Assembly: GCA_964252035.1 (NCBI GenBank)
Contig: OZ176211.1
Length of the DNA: 64,000 nucleotides
Reading direction: 5' to 3' (one strand)
Source: Podarcis erhardii
Taxonomy: Eukaryota
A model generated the notes under the pieces. That model worked only from the letters and a program-made list of their open reading frames with translations. It was not told where the DNA came from and did not search any database. The position numbers were made by a program, and so were the translations under genes. Of this stretch, positions 1 through 10,614 are shown in pieces (position 1 is the first letter of the stretch; every line of letters starts with the position of its first letter).

Positions 1-61
1 TGCTTCTATAAAGTATAAGCAGGAAATCTGAAGGTTCCTACTGCCCATCAAATATACTCAC

Positions 62-118
62 AGGTGGTCCTGGAGGTCCTCGGTCTCCCTTCTCGCATTC
101 ACAGCTCTTTTGCTCACA
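62..118 (-). CDS. COL28A1: COL28A1 coding exon 4 (57 nt, CEQKSCECEKGDRGPPGPP; start of collagen triple helix)
   Basis: Minus strand TAG|...|GTGAGT. Phase 0 at both ends. Matches recalled human CERKICECEKGDPGDPGPP. Confidence 0.93.
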
Positions 119-1435
119 CTACGGGTTCAACAGAAACAGCAATGTTATAATTTCACCTTTCCAACTATGAACGTAATTGTCCCAAATTGTCCCAGGATAC
201 TAGTGGTTCATTAGTCTGGTGAAAACCTGATGCTATCCACCAGAAATGGAGAACTGGAGTTAAGTCTCATCGGCGATGTAATGCTGGACTTTGGAGGCTC
301 CCATAATCAGAAAGAAGTTCTTACTGGACCCCAGGAGAAGGGAAGTGTCTTGTCTATTATATTATGTAGAGCTCTGGTGTCTGCACAAAGTCAGGCTTCA
401 GCGCAAGGCCATACAGAAAGTGCCTGCCCTTCTCCTTAGCCTGGAACTTAAGAAGAAGAGTGTGATCTCCAGCTTGTCCTCACTCTTGGCTTCAGAGCCA
501 CTTGGAAACAGTGAAAGGTCTTGCTTCTTCTGAGTGCCTCTGAAGCTAAGGGTAGCATCGAAGTTGAACCCTGGTCCTTATGGGAACGCACACAAGTTAA
601 GTGGCAATCACCCACAAAGACTGGCTACATGAGGCCCACAAAAGTGTGTTGGGTATGGGTATGGGTATAGCTATGGGTATCACAGTGTCCATGCACCAGG
701 CAGTTAAATGCAACTACAATTTCTCGGAGACTGACTAGATGTCACAGCAACACAACCCATGTGCCACATTGTAGGTAGTGCAGATTTCTATTGAAGTCTG
801 GGGGCAAGTTAAAGACAGGAGGGCTAGACAGGAGACATTTATTTGATGTGATCTTCTCTCAAAGTACTCCCCCCCCCCCAATTTTCAGATGACTATCAAA
901 ACCCCACTGGGAGAAAACTGGCTGAGAAGAATTGAACACGCATACCACACTACTGCCCACCTTACAGAGCAATCCACACCCCTTCTCACACTTGATAGGA
1001 AATTGGTAGATTGGTAGATCACCTGGATCCATGACATCTAGCTCAGCTCTCAACATGCAAAACTCATGCGCAGGCAAAACGCACATGTGCTTTTATCATC
1101 CTGCATCTTGCCTGGTTACACAGAAGTGCTTCCCCTGTGGGAAGTTTTGTCGCATGCAAAGTGGCCTTGATTCCCCAATGGAATGAAATCTTTTCTGTTC
1201 CCTTCCCTTGCAACTTCCCTTTCATGCCTCTGTTGGCTTCTTGCTTCTGAGAACAAGTCACTCCGATTCCCACCCCTGCATCCGCTCCTCTGGTCCCACA
1301 GGCCCAGGCAGCCACCTTGAAAAGGAGGAATGCTCCTGACCTTTAGTCCTTGCACAGCTGCTTGGGCCTCTCAGAGAAAAAAAACACTTCCATGTTGTTT
1401 CTGTTTGATCTATTCCTCTTAAAGAGATAAAAACT

Positions 1436-1678
1436 GCATACACACCATACATTTAAAGAACATTTTCCTCTCCCAACACTCGCGAGGAATCCTGGGAAAT
1501 GTGGGTCAATCAATCCCTCTTGACAGCAAACTCTCGGAACTGTAGCTCTGGGAGGGGAATAGATACTCCCTAACAATTCTCAGCACCCTGAACAAACTAC
1601 AACTCCCAGAATTCTTTGGGGGAAGCCACGACTGTTTAAAGGGGTATCATAGCACTTTAAATGTATGGTGTGGATGCG
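1436..1678. mobile_element. Non-autonomous DNA-transposon-like MITE with long terminal inverted repeats
   Basis: gcatacacaccatacatttaaag ... ctttaaatgtatggtgtggatgc are near-inverted. Related partial copies lie near 1770-1880 and 50360-50510. Confidence 0.55.
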
Positions 1679-2800
1679 GGCTATATTTTACTCACAGCAG
1701 ACCCATCAAAGTTAATTAACATGCCTAAGTTAGGTCCCTTCCTTTCAGTAAATTCTATGTAAAGCTTATTTTGTTAAGGGTGCTGGGAACTGTTGCTCTG
1801 TGAGAGGTAAAAACTACAGGTCCTGGGATTCTGTGTGGTGTGTGTGGAATGTGCTTTAAATATATGGTGTATACACAGCAAAAGATAACATTGGGGGGGG
1901 GGAGGAATTCCATGTTTATGCTGATCTGTGGATGATCCTCGGGGTCCTTTCCAATACTACAGTTCTATGATTCTATGATCTCAACTATATTGCTTGACTG
2001 CAGCTTGCTCTTACAACAATTCACTTGTCCCAGTATGCAAGGAGGAGAAACACACAAAGTGGAAATGGTATAAATGATGGACGAAGGCAGAGGTTTTTAA
2101 ACTGTGGCTGCCAACCTTGCACCCAGAAATCTCCACGTAGTTGCAATTGGAATCACACCAGTAGCAAAACGCGCCTGGCACCTGGCTAATTTCTAACAAC
2201 GCATGTGTCATTCAGTGGAATGGCACTATTGGGTTGTGTTGGTTTGAAAGAGCGCAAGTTGATGATGATGGTAGCGATGGCGTGTATTTGGGGGGTGGGA
2301 CCAGCTAGAACATGGAGGAATCACATGATTGTGCACATGTGCACCCCTTTTTCTTATGAGGACGTTATCTTTTTGCAGGAAATGTTATCTGAGAATCAGC
2401 ATATATTTACCCATGAAACGTGGGGCCTGCAACAAAATGTTGCAGTGCGCAGTGCTGCTGATCAGGAGTCCAGACACTCCATTTCATTCCTCTTCCCACC
2501 CAGTTCTCTCCACCCCCACAATAATCTAGCATGTCATGGTGGTCACAGAACATGTTCAAATCATTGGTCTGTTTTTGTGTGTGTCCCCTCATTCCTCCAT
2601 TCTAAAGCTTCCCCCTTAAAGGTTTTTTCTTTTTTTGTACTTCAGCAAACCTTCCCCCTCATGCCTGTTGATACCTCACGGTAGTGCATGTGCGAATGGT
2701 GCTGTTTTGACTACAAAGGCAACAGCACTCACAACTTGAACACTGGAAATGGAAGGGATGATGGACATGCCACTGAATACTCAAAAGCTGATCAACTTAC

Positions 2801-2821
2801 CCGCTCATCAAATAGAGTTGC
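2801..2821 (-). CDS. COL28A1: COL28A1 coding exon 3, 21-nt microexon (ATLFDER)
   Basis: Minus strand ttttatcttccag|GCAACTCTATTTGATGAGCGG|gtaagt. Phase 0/0. Aligns to human DILFEKK. Confidence 0.9.
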
Positions 2822-3401
2822 CTGGAAGATAAAACAATTAAATATATATATGTATTAGCATGACATGCCATTTCAACTCAGATTAGTCTGGTTAACAACA
2901 ATATTTATTTCAGGCACTTATGAATCGCTTTTCAGGTGAATCTCACAAAGTTGCTTTCATATTGGAAGAATAAGCATTGCTAAAACAATATCATAAAAAG
3001 TCAAGGTGCAGCAGGAAAAACACTTCTGGAAATACCGAAGTAAACCTGATATGATAGAGTCATTAGCTCTGTTTACCCAAACTTCATGGTGAGTATGAAT
3101 ATGTAAAATGGAACAGCAAGGCTCAAACCCAGCTGACTATTAGAAGATCAGAACAAATCCCGTCCGCCTCACTTATTCCTTTCTGTAATATGTTTTCTTC
3201 AAATGAGCCACCAGAGGCTCATTTCTTTATTTGCCATTTATGTATTCACAACTTCCACATCCAGTTCTCCCTTGAGAGCTTTGGTCTTCTACAATGTCTA
3301 ATATTTCTTGCCGTCTGACCTTACCACATCCTGTTGTTCTTCTGTGTTTCTATTTGACAGCAAACTGCTAATCTTTCTCATTATGCCATGGTAAAATTAA
3401 G

Positions 3402-3640
3402 GGGCATAGCTCAGTAGTAGCGCATTTGCCTTGCTTGTAAAGAGTTCTGGGTTCAATCCCCAGCATCTCCAGATAAGAACATAATGAGAGTCTGTTGGAT
3501 CACATATCAATGGCCCATCTAACCCAACCTCCTCACACTGGCCAGCCAGTTGCCTTTGGGAAGCCCACAAGCACAACCTGACCACAAGAGCATTCTCCCC
3601 TCCTTCTGTTTCCAGCCACAAGGCTCCAGTCACCTGAGCC
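3402..3640 (+). mobile_element. tRNA-derived SINE head followed by CR1-type 3' fragment
   Basis: A/B-box-like gcatagctcagtagtag ... gggttcaatcccc, then agaacataatgagagtctgttggatc typical of CR1 3' ends. Boundaries approximate. Confidence 0.55.
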
Positions 3641-5119
3641 ACAGGCCACTGCTGGCCATGGGGGAAGATCTCCATAGGTTCTGCTATGACATACCAGCTC
3701 CACCAGGCCTCCTCTGCCTGCAACCATCATCTGCAGGCAGCCATTCCAGCAGTGGCAGAGCTGGGAAGCAGAACTCAAGTGCATCCGCTCTGCTGTGACA
3801 GGCCAGCTCCATCAGGCCTCCTCTCCCCTAACGGTCAACCCGGGGGCAGACTTTCCATCAGTCAGGGGAAGAGTTATGGAGCAGGGCTCGTCTCATCGCC
3901 ATCAGGCACCTCCTGCCCCTGAACTGTGCCAGCTGGTCATTATGGAAACGGCTGTTTAGAAATTGGTGCCAGATTTGGGATTTGGGTTTTCCTCTTCCCT
4001 CCCTGTTCCCTTTCCCTTGTGTGTCATTTCCATTTTTAAAATTGTAAGCCTGTGGGCAGGGTCTGCCATGTTTTGATTGCATGTAAGCTGCTCTGGAAGC
4101 ATTTTTGACTGAAGAATGGGGTACAAATGTTCTAAATAAATGAATAAATAAGACCTGACAAGCATAAGCCCTCTTTTCCCACTTGAATGTTCCCAATAAC
4201 ATGTGCTGCCCCATTCATATGTTAAAGTTAGCAGAAGAGTGGTGTGTGATCTGAATGGGCACAAGGCTGGAATGCTACTGTTTCAAGCCACTGTGTGTCA
4301 CAGGAGCTGAGCAGGAATGGAGAGCTTACATAGCTAAAGTCATTCCTGGTCACCATATTGATTGAGTGACCATTTGATTTTTATTTATCGAAATTTATAT
4401 ACCACTGGATTGGGTTTTTTGTTAAAAAAACAAAACCCTCTAAGCTGTTTGGGGGGGGGATAAAATATTGAAATTACCAATAAAAAACAGTTAAAAACAA
4501 GAATTTAAAAATATCCAAAAGATGATTTTAAATCAACGGTAGCTGAACGAAACTTCTGCATGTTTGGATAGGCTTGCCTAAACATCTATGTTTTGAGCAG
4601 GTGCTGAAAAGAATACAGTGAAAGCGCTAGCCAGATGACAACACGCAGTGTTGATCCTGCCATGCTAAAACATTGGTTCCTTACAAGTCCTTCTTTCTTA
4701 ATTATTCATTTATTTGCAGCCTTTGTATGCCACTTCATAACATTAACTTCTCTGGGTGGCTTACAGTCAATGAGTAAGAAAAACAATTTTGCTATGAAGA
4801 AGCCACCCAGAGTGGCTTAGGCAACCTAGTCAGATAGGTGAAGTACAAATAAAATACTATTATTATTATTAGGCATGAATCATACAATCAAAATAAGCAA
4901 AAAATTAAATCATTGCACCCTCAAAGTTAAAGAAAACCCCCTCAGATTTAAAAGCTGAGAGACCCAGGCCACATCAGGTTTTTTAAAAGGCTGAGGTGAA
5001 CAGAAAGGTTTTAATCTGGCACCAAAAAGATCACCAGGCAACATTCCCTGGAATGGCTGTTCCATAAGTGGGATGCCACTACTTAAAGGGCCCTGTCGTT
5101 GGTGGCTACTATTGCTGTG

Positions 5120-5256
5120 GGATAGCTCAGTTGGTAGTGAGACTCTTAATTTCAGGGCTGTGGGTTCAAACCCTCTGTTGGGCAAAAAGATTCCTGTATT
5201 GCAGGGGGTTGGACTAGGTGAGCCTTGTGGTCCCTTCCAACTCTACGAGTCTATGA
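5120..5256 (+). mobile_element. tRNA-Lys-derived SINE with CR1-type tail
   Basis: atagctcagttggtag..gagactcttaatttcagggctgtgggttcaaaccc resembles tRNA-Lys(CTT). It is followed by gggggttggactag...ccttccaactcta...ctatga. Confidence 0.65.
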
Positions 5257-5298
5257 AACTATTACTAGAAGAAGAACCCTTAAAAAAATGTTACTTAC

Positions 5299-5855
5299 CA
5301 ATTGGTCCCGTATTTTGTCTGACAGGTTGGGATCGTTGAGGATGAGCACAGGCTTCCCGGGCGAATCGCCAGATATCGAACGCAGTTTGGCTTGATTGGC
5401 AACCTTCGAAAGGCCAATGGTGATGAATGATATTCCAAGGGCCCGGGCTGCTTCAGATATGCCCTGCACATCAGGAGACTTTGGGTGGTCGATCCCATCC
5501 GTCATCAACAAAGCCACTTTGACACCTATTTTACGGCCTTCTGTTTTGAACAACTGGGTAGCGTTGGAAATAGCATAATAGGAATACGTGCCGTGCCCGA
5601 TAAAGGTCATCTTGGCGACTTCCTGCTTAAAGGTCTGCAAGTTTCTCCATTCGGTAAAAGGATGGTCGATTTTGACCGAACTGCTGAACTGCATGATTGC
5701 CAGTCTGAAGTCATACCTGCGGACTCTGGTGGGCTTCATGAGGAAAACCTTGTCGCTTAAGGTGGTGACGAACTCCTTCTGCTTATCAAACAGGACATCT
5801 TTTGCGCTTTCGGAACTGTCCAGGATGAAGATGATATCGATGAAGCAGACGGAAG
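5299..5855 (-). CDS. COL28A1: COL28A1 coding exon 2 (557 nt), N-terminal von Willebrand factor A domain
   Basis: [14 protein letters not shown]...[15 protein letters not shown] matches the COL28A1 VWA1 domain (MIDAS DxSxS). Acceptor ccctccacag| is phase 1; donor TTG|gtaagt is phase 0. Confidence 0.97.
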
Positions 5856-6140
5856 CTGTGGAGGGCAAGATGGGACAGAGATCATTCAAAAATGGGGAAC
5901 AAAGCCGCAGTGGGAGAAGACAACAACATGGGGTGGTTTCAAATAGAAAGGGAAGAGGTGAGGGGGATTCCAATCCAGTTATAGGTTCTTCTCATTAAAT
6001 GGTGGAACAAGCAGGAGTCAGTGGTGGTCCTGCTTGTGGGTTTCCAAAGGCATCTGGTTGGCAACTGTGAGAACAGGACACTGGACTAGATGGGCAGTTC
6101 TTATGTTCTCAATTCACATGATAACAATAATATAATAGTA

Positions 6141-6556
6141 ATAATAAATTTTATTTATACCCCGCCCTCCCCGGCCAGAGCCGGGCTCAGGGCGGCTAAC
6201 ACCAGTAAAATTACAGTAAAAACATAATAGGGAAAAAAACCAATTTAAAATACAGGTTAAAATGCAATTTAAAATGCAGCCTCATTTTAAAAGTAGCCCA
6301 TAGATCAAAACCATAAGGGGAGGGAAACATAAGGGTCAGACTGAGTCCAAACCAAAGGCCAGGTGGAACAGCTCTGTCTTGCAGGCCCTACGGAAAGATG
6401 TCAAGTCCCGCAGGGCCCTAGTCTCTTGTGACAGAGCATTCCACCAGATCGGGGCCAGTACTGAAAAGGCCCTGGCCCTAGCTGAGACCAACCTAACCAC
6501 CTTGAGACTTGGGACCTCCAAAATGTTGTCATTTGTGGCCCTTAAGGTCCTCCGCC
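6141..6556 (-). mobile_element. 5'-truncated L2 LINE 3' end with 9-bp TSD
   Basis: Encodes WWNALSQETRALRDLTSFRRACKTELFHLAFG, nearly identical to the end of the 45576-47366 ORF. TSD ataatagta at 6132-6140 and 6557-6565. Confidence 0.88.
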
Positions 6557-7424
6557 ATAATAGTATTGCTGAAGTAGGGATTGGAAGTGTTGATTTAACA
6601 TAGGGCTGCAGTCCTTTAATATAGGAATGGGAAACCTGCTGACGTCTGAAGGTTCTCTTATTAGTTTGTGACTCCATGTAAATATCGTATGTTTTCTGAT
6701 TGTGAATTAAGAAACAGTTCAACTGTGTTATATAAATATTGTTAGTATACTATTAGCCTTTGTGTTGCTTTATGTTTATCAGATCGTTCTGTTTTGCAAC
6801 ACAGGGAATTTTTTTGTTGCAAGACGTCTGAATGCTGTCGGACTACAACTTCCATCACCCCTGACCATTGGCTGGACCAACAGCTGGAGCTGTTGGGAGC
6901 TGGAGTCCAACAACATCTGGAGGGCTATTGGTTTCTCACATCTGCTTTAATATGACGTACACTTCATAGAATCAGGACAGCCGGCATATTGCTGAAGGCA
7001 ACCTTTGGTGCACTGTATCTATTTACATTACAATGGCTCCTTCTGCTCTGTATTAAAGAAAACCCTAAGAAGTTTGCCTGTTATGTGTGTATGATAGGGA
7101 AAATGAAAACAACAACAACTAGAAATGAGTCAATTGCCTGAGCTGGATGGGGCTGCACTGCCCTGAAGGAGCAGGCATGCAGTCTGAATCTAGGGCTGTC
7201 CCGGGAAACCAGGAGTTTGTGCATTGGTGACTGCAAAATTGGATACCTGCAATGCACTCTGTATGGAGCTTTCATTGTGCTTGATCTAGAAGCTGCAGAT
7301 AGTACAGAATGCTGCAGCCTAATTGCGGACAGGAGTGAGAGCCTTTCAGCATATAACCCCCCTCCTCGGAGATCTGTACTGTTTGCCCATTTGCTATTGG
7401 GCCAAGTTCAAGGTGTCACAACAG

Positions 7425-7810
7425 CTTGGGATCACCTGATCCCATATATGCCTTCTAGACCACTTTGATCTGCAGAACTGACACTATTGTAGGTGCCACA
7501 TAGTACTAGCTCTGCAGTTGTAAGAAATCAAGCTTTTAGTGTAGCAGCAGTTATACTTTGGAACTCCCTGCCCATTGACACCAGACAGATGGTTTCATCA
7601 TACTCTTTTCGGCATCTGCTTAAAACATTTTTGTTTCAGCAAGCCAATCCAAACATGTAGAAGTCACATGTGCTTTATCTCTTTTTAGCTACTGTTGGTT
7701 AGAATTGTCTCTTGAAAGTTTTTTAATACCTGGTTTCAACTGGGATTTTTAAAATATTTTTTTTTATAGTGCTAATGTTTCATTTTCCATTATTGTAAAC
7801 TGCTTTGAGG
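7425..7810 (+). mobile_element. Degenerate L2 3' fragment
   Basis: gcttttagtgtagcagc..ctttggaactccctgccc..cttaaaacatttttgtttcagcaagc follows the L2 ORF2-end pattern. Confidence 0.55.
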
Positions 7811-8160
7811 TTTCCTTGCAACAAGATATTTTGTTTATTCAATAAGGAAATAAATATTCCAATCTATTCTGAAATTGTGGGTGTGCAATATGCATTTTCC
7901 AGTAGCACATTCCACCTGAAAAAAAGTCTGTTGAGTTTCTTTATGTGAAAGGGAACATGCCTTTTAGAATAGAATAATTATGTCCCTTGTAGTCTGGTCT
8001 TAATGGAAAACATGCTGTTCCCATAGAACTCAGGACTTGTTACCAAAATGATACAAAATCCCCATATATTAATAATTTGCCACTTTCCCTTGGAGATTAT
8101 TCCATTGCGCTTGGAAACATTTCATGCAGCCTATAGCAAATTCTAAGAAAATGACTTTAC

Positions 8161-8287
8161 CCTGAAGGTTCGCTTTTCCTGTTAGAGAACTTGGCTTCTG
8201 TCCCCTTCTTCTGTTTTGTCCATACACTACACAGTTTGTAGCAACAGCCAAAACCAAAAGGCAAAAGACAGAATGTTTTTTCCACAT
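8161..8287 (-). CDS. COL28A1: COL28A1 first coding exon (signal peptide MWKKHSVFCLLVLAVATNCVVYG...NLQ-G)
   Basis: ATG at 8287, hydrophobic signal peptide, donor CAGG|gtaaag is phase 1 and matches the acceptor at 5855. The exon extends 5' to an acceptor at ~8330. Confidence 0.92.
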
Positions 8288-8877
8288 AGCGACGGGGATT
8301 CAAAAATCAAAGGGACACTTACTGCTCCTGCTAATAAAAACAAAAAGAGCTGTTAATGTCTCGTGCATATTAATAATAAATCTGTAACTACTTAACACAC
8401 ATTTGCTCAATGAATATAATGCAGCCTTACCACTGACCAGAGCCAGCACCCGATAAAAAATATTGGGGGAAGAACAGAAGGGGCGTAGTATATTTCTGGG
8501 AGGGCGAGAAAGAAAGAAAACAGCAGCATATGTTAGTGGCAGAGATGGAATGGCCATCTGTCAGGGATTCTTAAGCTGTGATTCCTGCATTGCAGGGGGT
8601 TGGGCTAGATGACCCTTGGGGTCGCTTCCAACTTTACAATACTATTATTCAATGAATCCAGAAATGGAGGGCAAGGAGAGCAAGTTCCTTGTTTGAGGGC
8701 ATCCCCCCCCCCCCCCCCGTGCCGCCAATTTCCCAGGCTTAAAAAAAGAATAAAATTACTTCCCATTTTTAAAAATTAAAATTACGCTTAAATTATGATC
8801 ATTATCTTTTTAAGCAATGTTCCTTCCATTGTTCTGCTTATTTGCTTTTTGTTTTTGTTTGCTTAATTTTATTTTAC

Positions 8878-8922
<45 letters not shown>

Positions 8923-9155
8923 TTATTATTTATACCCCGCCCATCTGGCTGAGTTTCCCCAGCCACTCTGGGTGGCTCCCAATCAAGTGTTAAAAACAAT
9001 ACAGTGTTTAATATTAAAAACTTCCCTGAACAGGGCTGCCTTCAGATGTCTTTTAAAGATAGGATCACTGCTTATTTCCTTCACATCTAAAGGGAGGGTG
9101 TTCCACAGGGTGGGTGCCACTACCGAGAAGGCCCTCTGTCTGGTTCCCTGTAACC
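8878..9155 (-). mobile_element. L2 3' fragment (second subfamily) with (TAT)n tail
   Basis: RAFSVVAPTLWNTLPLDVKEISSDPIFKRHLKAALFREVF on the minus strand. (AAT)n tract at ~8878-8922. Confidence 0.8.
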
Positions 9156-9213
9156 CTATTGGCTTTAAAACGATTTGTTTTAAGCTCTTATACTGCAAGC
9201 TGCCTTGTGTATA

Positions 9214-9581
9214 CAGTTATACCTCAGAAGTTGAATAGAGTCTGTTCCGGAAGTCTGTTCGACTTCCGAAATGTGCGACTTCCAAAGCATGGCTTCTGAT
9301 TGGCTGCAGGAGCTTCCTGAAGCCAATCAGAAGCCACAGAAGCCCAGAGGCATAGCTAGGTGGGTGTGATGGGAGCAGTGCACCCCGGGTGCCATCGGGG
9401 CACTGCATGGCGCACCCCATCCCTAGCCCCTATGGGCCCCTATGAGCTGTTTGCCCCGCCCCTGGGCGCCTTGCCCCAGGTGCCCCAGAAGCTTCCTCTG
9501 CCACTGCAGAAGCCCCATCGGACGTTCAGCTTCCAAAAGAACGTCTGAAAACTGGAACACTCAGGAGCCGAGGTACGACTG
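9214..9581. mobile_element. Tc1/mariner (Tigger/pogo-like) MITE, TA-flanked
   Basis: TA|cagttatacctc ... gaggtacgactg|TA. Interrupted by a hAT MITE. Confidence 0.75.
9345..9506. mobile_element. hAT MITE nested in the Tigger-like MITE
   Basis: Perfect 8-bp TSD cagaagcc (9337-9344, 9507-9514). TIRs CAGAGGCATAG / CTCTGCCACTG match at 9 of 11 positions. Confidence 0.8.
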
Positions 9582-9613
9582 TATATGGTAGGAAATTGTG
9601 GGGAAATGTTCTA

Positions 9614-10119
9614 GCAGCAAGGATACTCATCGCTAAGAACTGGAAAACTCAAGATCTACCCACACTGGAAGAATGGCAGATGCAGCTGATGGACTATATG
9701 CAACTGGCGGAGATGACTGGCAGAATTCGAGACCTGGGAGAAGAAAGGATTGAAGAAGACTGGAAGAAATTTAAGATTTATCTACAAAAATATTGTGATT
9801 TAGAGGAATGTTAATAAGGATGCTTGGTTATAAATAATTGGCCATCACTAAATTGGATCGGAAATTGACGATAAATGAGATTAAGAGAAACAAAAATTTG
9901 TTGAAGAATTGTTACACCATATTGAATTGAGTGGTTATAAATTTGCAAATAAGATGATAATTTGCTTGAAAAAATTTATTAACGATGTAAGTGGGAGCGG
10001 GAGACGTGAGGAAGTCCAAAGAAGTTATGAAATTTTGTTAAAACAAAGCAATGCTGTTTATTATCTTTGTATTTCTTTTATAAAAAACCCTAATAAATAT
10101 TTTATAAAAATAAAAAAAA
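9614..10119 (+). mobile_element. 5'-truncated L1-clade LINE 3' end with 23-bp TSD
   Basis: AARILIAKNWK...EEDWKKFKIYLQKYC* (ORF2 C-terminus), AATAAA and A-rich tail. TSD ggaaattgtggggaaatgttcta at 9591-9613 and 10120-10142. Confidence 0.88.
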
Positions 10120-10145
10120 GGAAATTGTGGGGAAATGTTCTAAAC

Positions 10146-10331
10146 CAGGGGTTGACAACCTGGTCCCTACCGCCCGCTAGTGGGCGTTTCAGGATTCTAG
10201 GTGGGCGGTAGGGGGTTCTACGGCACAAGCTGAATCCTCCTTCCATCGAGCACTGGTGGGCGGTAAGGAAATTTTACCATCAAGAAAGATGCATTAGTGG
10301 GCGGTAGGTATAAAAAGGTTGACTACCCCTG
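10146..10331. mobile_element. hAT MITE (186 bp)
   Basis: TIRs CAGGGGTTGACAACC / GGTTGACTACCCCTG. Perfect 8-bp TSD ttctaaac (10138-10145, 10332-10339). Confidence 0.88.
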
Positions 10332-10422
10332 TTCTAAACAGACAGACAGCCTTGCCCTTCTAGTTCATGAATTAGATACACATATTTTCCAGAAAGCATG
10401 ATAAACGTTTCCCTTGGGGAAA

Positions 10423-10614
10423 GGGCCATAGCTCAGGGACAGAGCATCTGCTTTGCATGCAGAAGGTCCCAGGTTGAATCCCATGGCTTCTCCTGGTAGG
10501 GCTGAGAGATATCCCTGACTGAAACCCCAGAGAGCAGCTGCCAATCAGAGTAACCAATACTGAACTAGATAGGCCATTGGTCTGACTTGGTTTACATCAG
10601 CTTCCTATGTTCCT
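10423..10614 (+). mobile_element. tRNA-derived squamate SINE with CR1-type tail
   Basis: gggccatagctcag..gagcatctgctttgcatgcagaaggtcccaggttgaatccc head; tail cagcttcctatgttcct. A sister copy lies on the minus strand at ~61763-61921. Confidence 0.8.

Noticed and set aside
2205-2684. 159-aa plus-strand ORF in a COL28A1 intron
   Set aside because: No domain similarity or splice support; length is compatible with chance.
3402-3470. tRNA genes here and at 5120, 10423, 22431 and 61850
   Set aside because: The cloverleaves are incomplete and each continues into SINE or LINE tails, so these are SINE heads.
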